Made by a program: the position numbers and the translations under genes
The notes under the pieces: generated by a model
What the model was told of the DNA's origin: nothing
What the model saw: the letters and a program-made list of their open reading frames with translations, nothing else
The model's database searches: none
Assembly (NCBI GenBank): GCA_964490165.1
Contig: CAZBAR010000002.1
Span: 74,176 to 138,175 of the forward strand
From: an uncultured Lachnospiraceae bacterium
GTDB lineage: Bacteria > Bacillota > Clostridia > Oscillospirales > CAG-272
DNA: 64,000 bases
Direction: 5' to 3'
Shown here: positions 29,174 through 37,717 of the stretch, piece after piece
Numbering within the stretch: the stretch's first letter is position 1
Layout of the letters: each line of letters opens with the position of its first letter

Positions 29174-30829
29174 ATGAATATCGACTACGTTGCATTATCA
29201 GAGCTTCTTTTTCCCGATGTTACTATGACCGAAGAGGAGCTTGAAGCAAAATATCCGGCCAGAGACCTGCCTGAGGGTGCTGTCGTTTCCAGAATGGCGC
29301 CCAGTCCTACAGGCTTCGTTCATCTCGGCAATATTATGCAGGGACTTACAAGCGAGCGTCTTTCTCACCAGTCAGGCGGCGTTATGTATCTCAGAGTTGA
29401 GGACACAGACGCAAAGCGCGAAGTAAAGGGCGCAGTTGAAGTTCTTATTGATGCGCTGAAGTATTATAACATAGAGTTTGACGAGGGCGTGACCCTTGAA
29501 GGAGAGAACGGAGCATACGGTCCGTACAAGCAGCGTGCACGTAAGGATATATATCATGTCTATGCAAAGCGACTTGTAGCAGAGGGTAAGGCGTATCCCT
29601 GCTTCTGCACGGAGGACGAGCTTTCCGCTATGCGTGAGGCACAGCAGGCAGAAAAGCTGAACTTTGGCTACTACGGCAAGTGGGCAACATGGCGCGACCG
29701 CAGCATGGAGGACATAAAGGCAGAGCTTGATGCAGGTCACGAGTGGGTACTGCGCTTCCGTTCTACGGGAAGTATTGAAAATAAAGTGAAGGTCACAGAC
29801 CTTATAAAGGGCGACTTGCAGGTTACGGAAAACGATATTGACCACGTGCTTCTGAAATCCGACGGTATTCCCACATATCATTTTGCACACGCAGTTGACG
29901 ATCATCTTATGCGTACAACTCATGTTGTTCGCGGTGACGAGTGGCTTCCGTCCCTTCCGTTCCATTTGCAGCTGTTCCGCGCGCTGGGCTTTAAGCAGCC
30001 GAAATATCTGCATATCGGCACGCTGATGAAAATGGACGGAAACTCTAAGCGCAAGCTTTCAAAACGTAAGGACCCCGAGCTGGCACTTGCATACTATAAA
30101 GAGCAGGGATTTCCGGCAGAGTCGCTGTACGAGTATATTTTAGGTATTCTCAATTCCAATTTTGAAGATTGGAGACGCGCAAATCCCGATGCAGATCCCC
30201 GCGAGTTCAAGTTCTCTCATAAGAAAATGAACCCCGCAGGCAGCCTTTTCGACTTCGCAAAGCTTTGCGATGTTTCTAAAAACGTAATATCCAAAATGGG
30301 CGCCGAAAAGGTGTATGCAAGAGTTTTGGAATGGGCAGGCGAATATGACAAGGATTTTGCGGCTGTGCTTGAAAATGGCAGAGACACCGCGCTTCGCGCG
30401 TTCAGTATCGGCAGAGGCGGCAAAAAGCCCCGTAAGGATCTGACCCTGTGGGCAGACGCTAAGAGCTACATGGGATTTTTCTTTGATGAGTGCTTTGGCA
30501 TAGAAGACTCTTATCCCGACACCTTTGCCGGTGAGGATATTAAGGCAGCGCTGGCAGAGTTTCTTGCAGGCTACGATCCGGCTGATGAGCAGCAGGTTTG
30601 GTTTGACAAGATCAAGGCTGTTGCAGAGAAAATAGGCTTTTGCACTGATATGAAGGCATATAAGGCAGAGCCTGAGAAGTACAAGGGCAGCGTTGCAGAT
30701 GTAAGTATGTTTTTGCGCGTTGCGGTTACAGGTAAAATGAATTCTCCCGATATGTTTGAGGTAATGAATATTCTCGGCGAGGATAAGGTAAGAGAGAGAA
30801 TAGAGAAGATGATGGAGGAGATAAAGTAA
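29174..30829 (+). CDS. gltX: glutamate--tRNA ligase (long, divergent form)
   Basis: PSPTGFVHLGN (HIGH-type) and KLSKRK (KMSKS-type) motifs. 551 aa. Confidence 0.85.
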   Translation: MNIDYVALSELLFPDVTMTEEELEAKYPARDLPEGAVVSRMAPSPTGFVHLGNIMQGLTSERLSHQSGGVMYLRVEDTDAKREVKGAVEVLIDALKYYNIEFDEGVTLEGENGAYGPYKQRARKDIYHVYAKRLVAEGKAYPCFCTEDELSAMREAQQAEKLNFGYYGKWATWRDRSMEDIKAELDAGHEWVLRFRSTGSIENKVKVTDLIKGDLQVTENDIDHVLLKSDGIPTYHFAHAVDDHLMRTTHVVRGDEWLPSLPFHLQLFRALGFKQPKYLHIGTLMKMDGNSKRKLSKRKDPELALAYYKEQGFPAESLYEYILGILNSNFEDWRRANPDADPREFKFSHKKMNPAGSLFDFAKLCDVSKNVISKMGAEKVYARVLEWAGEYDKDFAAVLENGRDTALRAFSIGRGGKKPRKDLTLWADAKSYMGFFFDECFGIEDSYPDTFAGEDIKAALAEFLAGYDPADEQQVWFDKIKAVAEKIGFCTDMKAYKAEPEKYKGSVADVSMFLRVAVTGKMNSPDMFEVMNILGEDKVRERIEKMMEEIK

Positions 30830-32472
30830 TGGCAAGCAATTTTATTCACGGCTTTATTGACGAGGAGATCGAGGAGGGAAAGTATTCTCACGGGGATATT
30901 ATGACCAGATTTCCTCCTGAGCCTAACGGATATTTGCATATAGGTCACGCAAAGGCGCTGTATATCGACTTTTCCACCGCTGAAAAATATGGCGGAAAGT
31001 GCAATCTGCGCTTTGATGACACTAACCCTGCAAAGGAAGATACTGAGTATGTGGATGCTATTCAGCACGATATCCACTGGCTTGGCTTTGACTGGGAAAA
31101 ATGCTGCTACGGTTCATCCTATTTTGATATGTGCTACGAGCTGGCTGTAAAGCTTATCCGTGACGGCAAAGCGTTTGTATGCGAGCTTGATCGCGAGCAA
31201 ATGACCGAATACCGCGGTACACTTACCGAGCCCGGAAAAAACAGTCCGTGGAGAGACCGCAGTGTTGAAGAAAACCTTGAGCTGTTTGAGCGCATGAAGA
31301 ACGGCGAGTTTGACGAGGGTACTCATACGCTGAGAGCTAAGATCGATATGTCGAGTCCTAACCTTAATATGCGCGATCCCGTTATATACCGTATAATCAA
31401 GAGTGTAAGCCATCATCAGACAGGCAATGACTGGTGTATCTATCCTATGTATGACTTTGCGCACCCCATTCAGGACGCTATTGAGGGCATTACCCATTCG
31501 CTTTGTACTATAGAGTATGAAGCGCACAGACCCCTTTATAACTGGGTTGTTGATGCGTGCGGATTTGAGCACAAGCCCCGTCAGATAGAGTTTGCACCTC
31601 TTAACATTACCTATACCGTGCTTTCAAAGCGCTATCTTCGTTCACTTGTTGAGGGTGGATTGGTAGACGGTTGGGACGACCCCAGAATGCCTACACTTTG
31701 CGGTCTGAGACGCAGAGGATATACCCCCGAGGCGATTAAAGAATTTCTCAGCCGTGCGGGTATAGCCAAAACAGATTCGCTTATAGATTATGCGCTGCTT
31801 GAATACTGCGTGCGCGAGCAGCTTAACGCAGAGGCACCCAGACGTATCGCGGTGCTTGATCCCGTAAAGGTTATTGTCGATAACTACCCCGAGGATAAAA
31901 AAGAGTATTTCGATGTGCCTAATCACCCGGGAAATCCTGATATGGGTACAAGAAAAGTGCCCTTTACTAAGGAGCTTTGGATAGACAGAGCCGATTTTGC
32001 GGCTGTTCCCCCGCCGAAGTTCTTCAGAATGAAGCCTGACGGAGAGGTCAGACTTATGGGCGCATATATCGTTCGCTGCGGCGAGTTTAAGTGCGACGCT
32101 GACGGAAACGTAGTTGAAATTCATTGCACAGCTGACCTTGAAACAGGCAACGGAATGCCTGCTGACGGCAGAAAGATAAAGGGAACTATCCACTGGGTAA
32201 GTGCTGACGAGTGCGACGATATTACCGTAAATCTGTATGACCATCTCTTTACTGTTGCAGATACAGGCTCGATTCCCGATAAAAATTATGCCGCATTCCT
32301 CAATCCCGACTCAGTAAAGACCCTTACGGGCTGTAAAGCTGAAAAAGCGCTGGAGAGCGGAGAGGCGGATCACTTCCAGTTTGTACGTACAGGCTACTTT
32401 GTAAAGGATTCAAAGCACCCCGGCACGTATAACCGTGTCGTTTCCCTGAAGGATAGCTTTAAGCCTGAATGA
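30829..32472 (+). CDS. glnS: glutamine--tRNA ligase
   Basis: RFPPEPNGYLHIGHAKA and VLSKR motifs. GlnRS-type C-terminal beta-barrels. Start overlaps the gltX stop (TAATG). Confidence 0.9.
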   Translation: MASNFIHGFIDEEIEEGKYSHGDIMTRFPPEPNGYLHIGHAKALYIDFSTAEKYGGKCNLRFDDTNPAKEDTEYVDAIQHDIHWLGFDWEKCCYGSSYFDMCYELAVKLIRDGKAFVCELDREQMTEYRGTLTEPGKNSPWRDRSVEENLELFERMKNGEFDEGTHTLRAKIDMSSPNLNMRDPVIYRIIKSVSHHQTGNDWCIYPMYDFAHPIQDAIEGITHSLCTIEYEAHRPLYNWVVDACGFEHKPRQIEFAPLNITYTVLSKRYLRSLVEGGLVDGWDDPRMPTLCGLRRRGYTPEAIKEFLSRAGIAKTDSLIDYALLEYCVREQLNAEAPRRIAVLDPVKVIVDNYPEDKKEYFDVPNHPGNPDMGTRKVPFTKELWIDRADFAAVPPPKFFRMKPDGEVRLMGAYIVRCGEFKCDADGNVVEIHCTADLETGNGMPADGRKIKGTIHWVSADECDDITVNLYDHLFTVADTGSIPDKNYAAFLNPDSVKTLTGCKAEKALESGEADHFQFVRTGYFVKDSKHPGTYNRVVSLKDSFKPE

Positions 32473-32490
32473 TTATATCATACTAAACGT

Positions 32491-32525
32491 AAAAGCACTT
32501 CCGACTTACGTCGGAAGTGCTTTTT
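32491..32525. terminator. bidirectional terminator between glnS and ispE
   Basis: AAAAGCACTTCCGAC / GTCGGAAGTGCTTTT. Confidence 0.8.
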
Positions 32526-32532
32526 ATATATT

Positions 32533-33393
32533 TCACATTGTACGGCACATATGTGCCGCAGCTCCGAATTCTTTGATTCTCTCAGCCGCCAAAGCTGCTG
32601 ATGCTTCATCACCGAAAAGACCGAATACTGACGGTCCGCTGCCGCTCATCATGGAAAGCATCGCTCCATGATCCTTTATTATTTCTTTCAGCCGTGCGGC
32701 AACAGAATGAGTGGGAAGCACGGCACTCTCAAAAATGTTGAATGCATTTGCCGTCACCGCATTTTTGTCGCCGTTTTGCAGTGCCTCGACAACGTTCTCT
32801 ATATTTCCCATATCTTCTGCCAATTTATCTCCGTACATCTCGTCAAGACGCCTGTATGCGGCAGGTGTTGAAACACCCTCGCCGCCGTTGGCGATGACGC
32901 AAACGGTCTCAGGCAGGGGAGGCATAGGCGTCATTATCTCGCCAACGCCTGTGCAAAGCGCGCATCCTCCTATAGTGCAAAAAGGGATGTCAGCGCCGAG
33001 CTGAGCACCCATAGCTGCGAGAGAATTTATATCTATATGAGTTCCGAATGCTGTGTTAAGAGCCCTTAAAACCGCCGCTGCGTCTGCGCTTCCGCCTGCA
33101 AGACCTCCGGCTATGGGAATGTTCTTTTCAATATGTATACGCGCCCCTCCGGAGATTCCCGTTTCTCTGAAAAAAAGCTCTGCCGCGCGGTATGCAAGGT
33201 TTTTTGAGTCTGTCGGTAAAGAAGTGTCAGTACAGGTCAGCACAATGCCGTTGCTGTCGGTGTCCACCGTTACCGTATCGGCGAGAGAAACCGTGTGCAT
33301 AATGCTTTTTATATTGTGATATCCGTCCTCCCGCGGCGGAAAAACATCGAGATACAGATTGATCTTAGCGTGCGCGGCTTCGGTTGCTTTCAT
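32533..33393 (-). CDS. ispE: 4-diphosphocytidyl-2-C-methyl-D-erythritol kinase
   Basis: AKINLYLDV...REDGYH and GHMP-kinase motif PIAGGLAGGSADAAA. Start at 33393. Confidence 0.85.
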   Translation of the reverse strand: MKATEAAHAKINLYLDVFPPREDGYHNIKSIMHTVSLADTVTVDTDSNGIVLTCTDTSLPTDSKNLAYRAAELFFRETGISGGARIHIEKNIPIAGGLAGGSADAAAVLRALNTAFGTHIDINSLAAMGAQLGADIPFCTIGGCALCTGVGEIMTPMPPLPETVCVIANGGEGVSTPAAYRRLDEMYGDKLAEDMGNIENVVEALQNGDKNAVTANAFNIFESAVLPTHSVAARLKEIIKDHGAMLSMMSGSGPSVFGLFGDEASAALAAERIKEFGAAAHMCRTM

Positions 33394-33481
33394 TTTATTG
33401 CGTGTCTCCGTTTTGATTTTAATAAGGTAAATATAAAGGGCATACACTTGAACGGTGATGCCCTTTACGGATTTTTTAGGA

Positions 33482-34027
33482 TTACTTAAAATATCTGTTC
33501 AAAAGACCCTCGAAAGCCTTACCGTGTCGAGCTTCGTCTTTAGCCATTTCGTGAACAGTGTCGTGGATAGCGTCAAGATTTGCAGCCTTTGCCATTTTAG
33601 CAAGCTCAAACTTGCCTGCGGTAGCACCGCGCTCAGCAGCAACTCTCATCTCAAGGTTTGTCTTTGTGCAGGGAGTTACAACTTCGCCCAGCATCTCTGC
33701 AAACTTAGCAGCGTGCTCAGCCTCTTCGTAAGCAGCCTTTTCCCAGTACAGACCGATCTCAGGATAGCCTTCGCGGAATGCAACTCTGGACATAGCAAGG
33801 TACATACCTACTTCGCTGCACTCACCGTTAAAGTTTGCGCGCAGACCCTCAACGATCTCAGCGGGAACACCTTCTATAATGCCTACCTCATGCTCACAAG
33901 CCCAGCTGTTGTCTTCATCCTCAACAAGAACAAACTTTTCAGCAGGAGCCTTGCAAAGAGGGCAAGCCTCAGGAGCGGTCTCGCTTTCTACGATCTCACC
34001 GCAAACTGTACATTTCCATTTTTTCAT
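33482..34027 (-). CDS. reverse rubrerythrin (N-terminal rubredoxin-like domain plus diiron ferritin-like domain)
   Basis: CTVC...CPLC at the N-terminus, then E..E..H diiron motifs (EEAEHA, DEARHG). Confidence 0.85.
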   Translation of the reverse strand: MKKWKCTVCGEIVESETAPEACPLCKAPAEKFVLVEDEDNSWACEHEVGIIEGVPAEIVEGLRANFNGECSEVGMYLAMSRVAFREGYPEIGLYWEKAAYEEAEHAAKFAEMLGEVVTPCTKTNLEMRVAAERGATAGKFELAKMAKAANLDAIHDTVHEMAKDEARHGKAFEGLLNRYFK

Positions 34028-34156
34028 AGTAACATATCTCCTTTCAAAATTCGGCAGTGCCGTTAATTTCGTATTGATTATAGCAGATTTTTATGATAAA
34101 ATAAAGAGGCAATATAAAATATTTTCAAATTTTTTGAAAAAATTGAGGTAATTATT

Positions 34157-34627
34157 ATGAGAAAAAAATCTGTTTTAACTGCGGTTATTTGCTGTGCTCT
34201 GGCTGCTCTTTTTCTGACCGGCTGCCGGAACGGTGAACCGGAAAATAATGCGGTAGAAACTCTTGATACTATTTACGAGGAACACGATGTACGTGACCGC
34301 GATGATGGTGGCAATCTGATACTTACATCATCAGAGTACAGACAGGTGTATTTAATAGATGCGGGAACATATCTTGTGCTGGTCTTAGGTGATACAGGCC
34401 CTTCATCCATAACTGTTGTCAAAGATTTCGGCACCTCTGACGCTGCTGTTGAGTATGTAACAGGCAGCGGTCAAGCGCTGGTTGAAAGCGGGGAATATTC
34501 AAATCTGAATATAGACGGAAAATATGTCACATATTCTCCTACACTTACCAGTGAAAAGTACGGTAAGTATTACAGAATGAGCAAGGCTGAAGTGGAAGAA
34601 TCGCTCTCATCATATGTCAAGCAGTGA
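34157..34627 (+). CDS. small lipoprotein, unknown function
   Basis: Signal peptide plus lipobox LTGC. Confidence 0.55.
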   Translation: MRKKSVLTAVICCALAALFLTGCRNGEPENNAVETLDTIYEEHDVRDRDDGGNLILTSSEYRQVYLIDAGTYLVLVLGDTGPSSITVVKDFGTSDAAVEYVTGSGQALVESGEYSNLNIDGKYVTYSPTLTSEKYGKYYRMSKAEVEESLSSYVKQ

Positions 34628-36026
34628 CGCCGTTTTATATAAGGCCCTGAGGGCTCTTGCCAGCAGCGATGTGCTGCCCATGCATATGCCGGGTCACAAA
34701 AGGTCTGAGAGATATGCCGAGCTCGGTTCTGCCTTTGACATTACAGAGATAAACGGATTTGACGATCTGCATGATCCTCACGGCATCATCAAGGCACTTG
34801 AGGACAGAGCTGCTCTTTTGTGGGGGGCAAAACGAAGCCATATTCTTGTAGGCGGCAGTACCTGCGGAATTCTTGCTGCCGTTTATGCCATGACTCACAG
34901 AGGGGATAAGATCATTATGGCGCGCGGCTGCCATAAAAGCGTTTATCACGCTGTAGAACTTTGCGGACTTGAAGTCATTTATGTTTCGTCACCTGTTGAT
35001 AAAAAAACGTGGATATCAGGTTCAATTTCTCCTGCGGATATAAAAACAGCAATTGCAGAAAATCCGGATGCGGCTCTTGTAATAGTTACAAGTCCGACCT
35101 ATGAAGGAATAATTTCAGATATTGCCGAAATTGCCCGTTTTACACATGAAGCTAATATTCCGCTTATGGTAGATGAAGCGCATGGGGCGCATCTTGGCAT
35201 GGGCGGATTTGCCGACGGGGCAGTGAAGAACGGAGCGGATATTGTTGTGCAAAGTCTTCACAAAACTCTGTCATGCCTTACGCAAACGGCTGTAATTCAT
35301 ATTTGCAGCTCGCGGGTAAGCGACGCTGCTATCTCCCATTCGCTGGATGTTTTCGAGACTAGCAGTCCCTCATATCTGCTTATGGCTTCCGTTGACAAAT
35401 GCATAAGTGAAGTTTGTAACGAGGGCATTGCTGAGTGGCATAATGCAGCTTTTGCAATTGCAGAAAAACTTGAAAAAATGAATAATCTGCAATTGCATAA
35501 TATGAGTTCGGCTCCAATTGCTTTTGGTGCAGATATCTCCAAGTTCACAGTGTTGACCAACGGCAAGCTAAGCGGTTTTGAGCTGGCGGAGGTGCTTCGC
35601 AGGGATTATAAAATTGAGATCGAGATGGCATCTGCCGGATATATTGTCGCCATGAGCGGTATGGGAGATACGCCCGAGAGTCTTGTGCGGTTTGCCGATG
35701 CACTTCTTGACATTGACCGCAGAAACGCGCTTTTTGATGGGTCCGGTATTGTCTATCCCGATGTGCCGCCGATCCCTTTATCGGCGATGCGTATATGTGA
35801 AGCTGTTTCGGGCACCTGTGAGCCTTTATGCGCAGAGTTTTGCATCGGAAAGGTCTCTGCTGAGTATATAATGGCTTATCCGCCGGGAATACCGGTTATT
35901 GTACCCGGAGAGATCTTCAGCAGAGAAGTGGTAGACTATGTCAGTGCTCTTGAGAGCTTCGGCGCAAGCATCAAAAGTACAGGCGGAATGGCTCCTCATA
36001 AATTTATGTGTTTTGACAAAACGTGA
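34614..36026 (+). CDS. Orn/Lys/Arg decarboxylase-family PLP enzyme
   Basis: MPGHK N-terminal motif and SLHKT PLP-lysine motif. Confidence 0.8.
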   Translation: MSSSDAVLYKALRALASSDVLPMHMPGHKRSERYAELGSAFDITEINGFDDLHDPHGIIKALEDRAALLWGAKRSHILVGGSTCGILAAVYAMTHRGDKIIMARGCHKSVYHAVELCGLEVIYVSSPVDKKTWISGSISPADIKTAIAENPDAALVIVTSPTYEGIISDIAEIARFTHEANIPLMVDEAHGAHLGMGGFADGAVKNGADIVVQSLHKTLSCLTQTAVIHICSSRVSDAAISHSLDVFETSSPSYLLMASVDKCISEVCNEGIAEWHNAAFAIAEKLEKMNNLQLHNMSSAPIAFGADISKFTVLTNGKLSGFELAEVLRRDYKIEIEMASAGYIVAMSGMGDTPESLVRFADALLDIDRRNALFDGSGIVYPDVPPIPLSAMRICEAVSGTCEPLCAEFCIGKVSAEYIMAYPPGIPVIVPGEIFSREVVDYVSALESFGASIKSTGGMAPHKFMCFDKT

Positions 36027-36033
36027 AAAACTA

Positions 36034-36062
36034 TTGACAAAGCCTTTCATTACGTGTATAAT
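36034..36062 (+). promoter_or_regulatory. consensus sigma-70 promoter of the SCIFF operon
   Basis: TTGACA, 17 nt, TATAAT. Confidence 0.65.
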
Positions 36063-36101
36063 CAACTTATAAAATCACTTATTCTTTTAAGGAGAAATAT
36101 C

Positions 36102-36245
36102 ATGAAGAGAATTAAGACCTACGAGACAAGAAATCTTGCTGAGAGCAAGAAAGACGGCGGTTGCGGCGAGTGCCAGACCTCTTGCCAGTCTGCTTGCAAG
36201 ACCTCCTGCGGTGTTGCTAACCAGCCCTGCGAGAAGAAGAACTAA
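36102..36245 (+). CDS. scfA: SCIFF (six-cysteines-in-forty-five) ribosomal peptide precursor
   Basis: MKRIKTYETRNLAESKKDGGCGECQTSCQSACKTSCGVANQPCEKKN. 47 aa with six Cys and the hallmark GGCGECQTSCQSACKTSC core. GGAGA RBS. Confidence 0.9.
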   Translation: MKRIKTYETRNLAESKKDGGCGECQTSCQSACKTSCGVANQPCEKKN

Positions 36246-36264
36246 GCTCTTAGGATAAAAGCTG

Positions 36265-36299
36265 ATTGCCGCCTGACACGCTCAAGCGGCAATTTTATT
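36265..36299 (+). terminator. intercistronic hairpin with T-run between precursor and maturase (partial terminator/attenuator)
   Basis: ATTGCCGC-13 nt-GCGGCAAT followed by TTTTATT. Confidence 0.5.
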
Positions 36300-36328
36300 G
36301 TAAAAAATCAAAGGCGAAATTTGACGAA

Positions 36329-37717
36329 ATGATACATCAATATAAATTAAACGGCTACAATATCGTTCTCGATACATACAGCGGCAGTGTGCATAGCGTT
36401 GACGACATTGCTTATGATATTATTGCCGCTATGGCAAATGGTGACAGCAGAGAAGCTATAACGGCTGATATTATAAAAAAATACGGCGAAATCGAAAATA
36501 TTACGGATGCTGACGTTTCCGAGTGCATTGACGATATTGAATCCCTGAAGGCTGCGGGCAAGCTCTTTACCGAGGATGCGTATAAGGACATGGCATTTGA
36601 CGTAAAGCTGCGCCGCACCGATATAAAGGCACTGTGCCTGCATGTGGCCCACACCTGTAACCTGAGCTGTTCCTATTGCTTTGCGTCTCAGGGTAAATAT
36701 CACGGCGAGCGTGCCGTAATGAGCTTTGAAGTAGGCAAGGCGGCTCTTGACTTTCTTGTAGCTAATTCAGGCAGTCACCGCAATCTCGAAGTAGACTTTT
36801 TCGGCGGCGAGCCTTTGTGCAACTGGCAGGTCGTCAAGGATCTTGTGGCGTATGCCAGAAGCATAGAAAAAGAAAAGAAGAAAAACTTCCGCTTTACCCT
36901 TACAACAAACGGTGTGCTTGTTGATGATGAGGTTATTGAATTTGCTAACCGCGAAATGCACAATGTTGTACTGTCGCTGGACGGCAGACCTGAGGTAAAC
37001 GACCGTTTCAGAGTTGACGCGGCGGGCAGGGGTAGCTACGAGACGATCGTACCTAAGTTCAAAAAGTTTGCAGCAGCCCGCGGTGATAAAAACTATTATA
37101 TGCGCGGCACCTATACACATCACAATACCGATTTCGTAAACGATATCATTCATATGGCGGATCTGGGATTTACGCAGCTCTCTATGGAGCCCGTTGTGTG
37201 TTCTCCCGATGATCCCTGCGCACTGACAGAGGATGATCTGCCTGTATTGTTTGAACAGTACGAACTTCTTGCCGGCGAGATGCTGAAGCGCCGCCGCGAG
37301 GGCAGACCCTTTGAATTCTACCATTATATGATAGATCTCGGTCACGGTCCCTGTATATACAAGCGTATAGCCGGATGCGGAAGCGGAACTGAATATCTTG
37401 CGGTAACTCCGTGGGGAGAGCTGTTCCCGTGTCACCAGTTTGTAGGTGACGAAAAGTACAGTATGGGTAACGTTTGGGACGGTGTTACAAATACTGAGCT
37501 TCGCGACGAGTTTAAGACCTGCAACGCGTATTCGCGTCCCGAATGCCGCGACTGCTGGGCCAAGTTGTATTGCTCCGGCGGCTGTGCTGCCAATGCATAT
37601 CACGCTACCGGATCTATCGGTGGTGTATATGAATACGGCTGTAAGCTTTTCAAAAAACGCATAGAGTGTGCAATAATGTTGAAGATTGCCGAAATGGAGG
37701 AATTTGACGATGAGTAA
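36329..37717 (+). CDS. scfB: SCIFF radical SAM/SPASM maturase (thioether-forming)
   Basis: CNLSCSYC radical-SAM motif (36655-36678). C-terminal SPASM cysteines CRDCWAKLYCSGGC. Adjacent to scfA. Confidence 0.9.
   Translation: MIHQYKLNGYNIVLDTYSGSVHSVDDIAYDIIAAMANGDSREAITADIIKKYGEIENITDADVSECIDDIESLKAAGKLFTEDAYKDMAFDVKLRRTDIKALCLHVAHTCNLSCSYCFASQGKYHGERAVMSFEVGKAALDFLVANSGSHRNLEVDFFGGEPLCNWQVVKDLVAYARSIEKEKKKNFRFTLTTNGVLVDDEVIEFANREMHNVVLSLDGRPEVNDRFRVDAAGRGSYETIVPKFKKFAAARGDKNYYMRGTYTHHNTDFVNDIIHMADLGFTQLSMEPVVCSPDDPCALTEDDLPVLFEQYELLAGEMLKRRREGRPFEFYHYMIDLGHGPCIYKRIAGCGSGTEYLAVTPWGELFPCHQFVGDEKYSMGNVWDGVTNTELRDEFKTCNAYSRPECRDCWAKLYCSGGCAANAYHATGSIGGVYEYGCKLFKKRIECAIMLKIAEMEEFDDE

Noticed and set aside
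29100-29180. A T-box leader upstream of gltX or glnS.
   Set aside because: There is a 1-nt gap before gltX and a 1-nt overlap before glnS, so no room for a leader.
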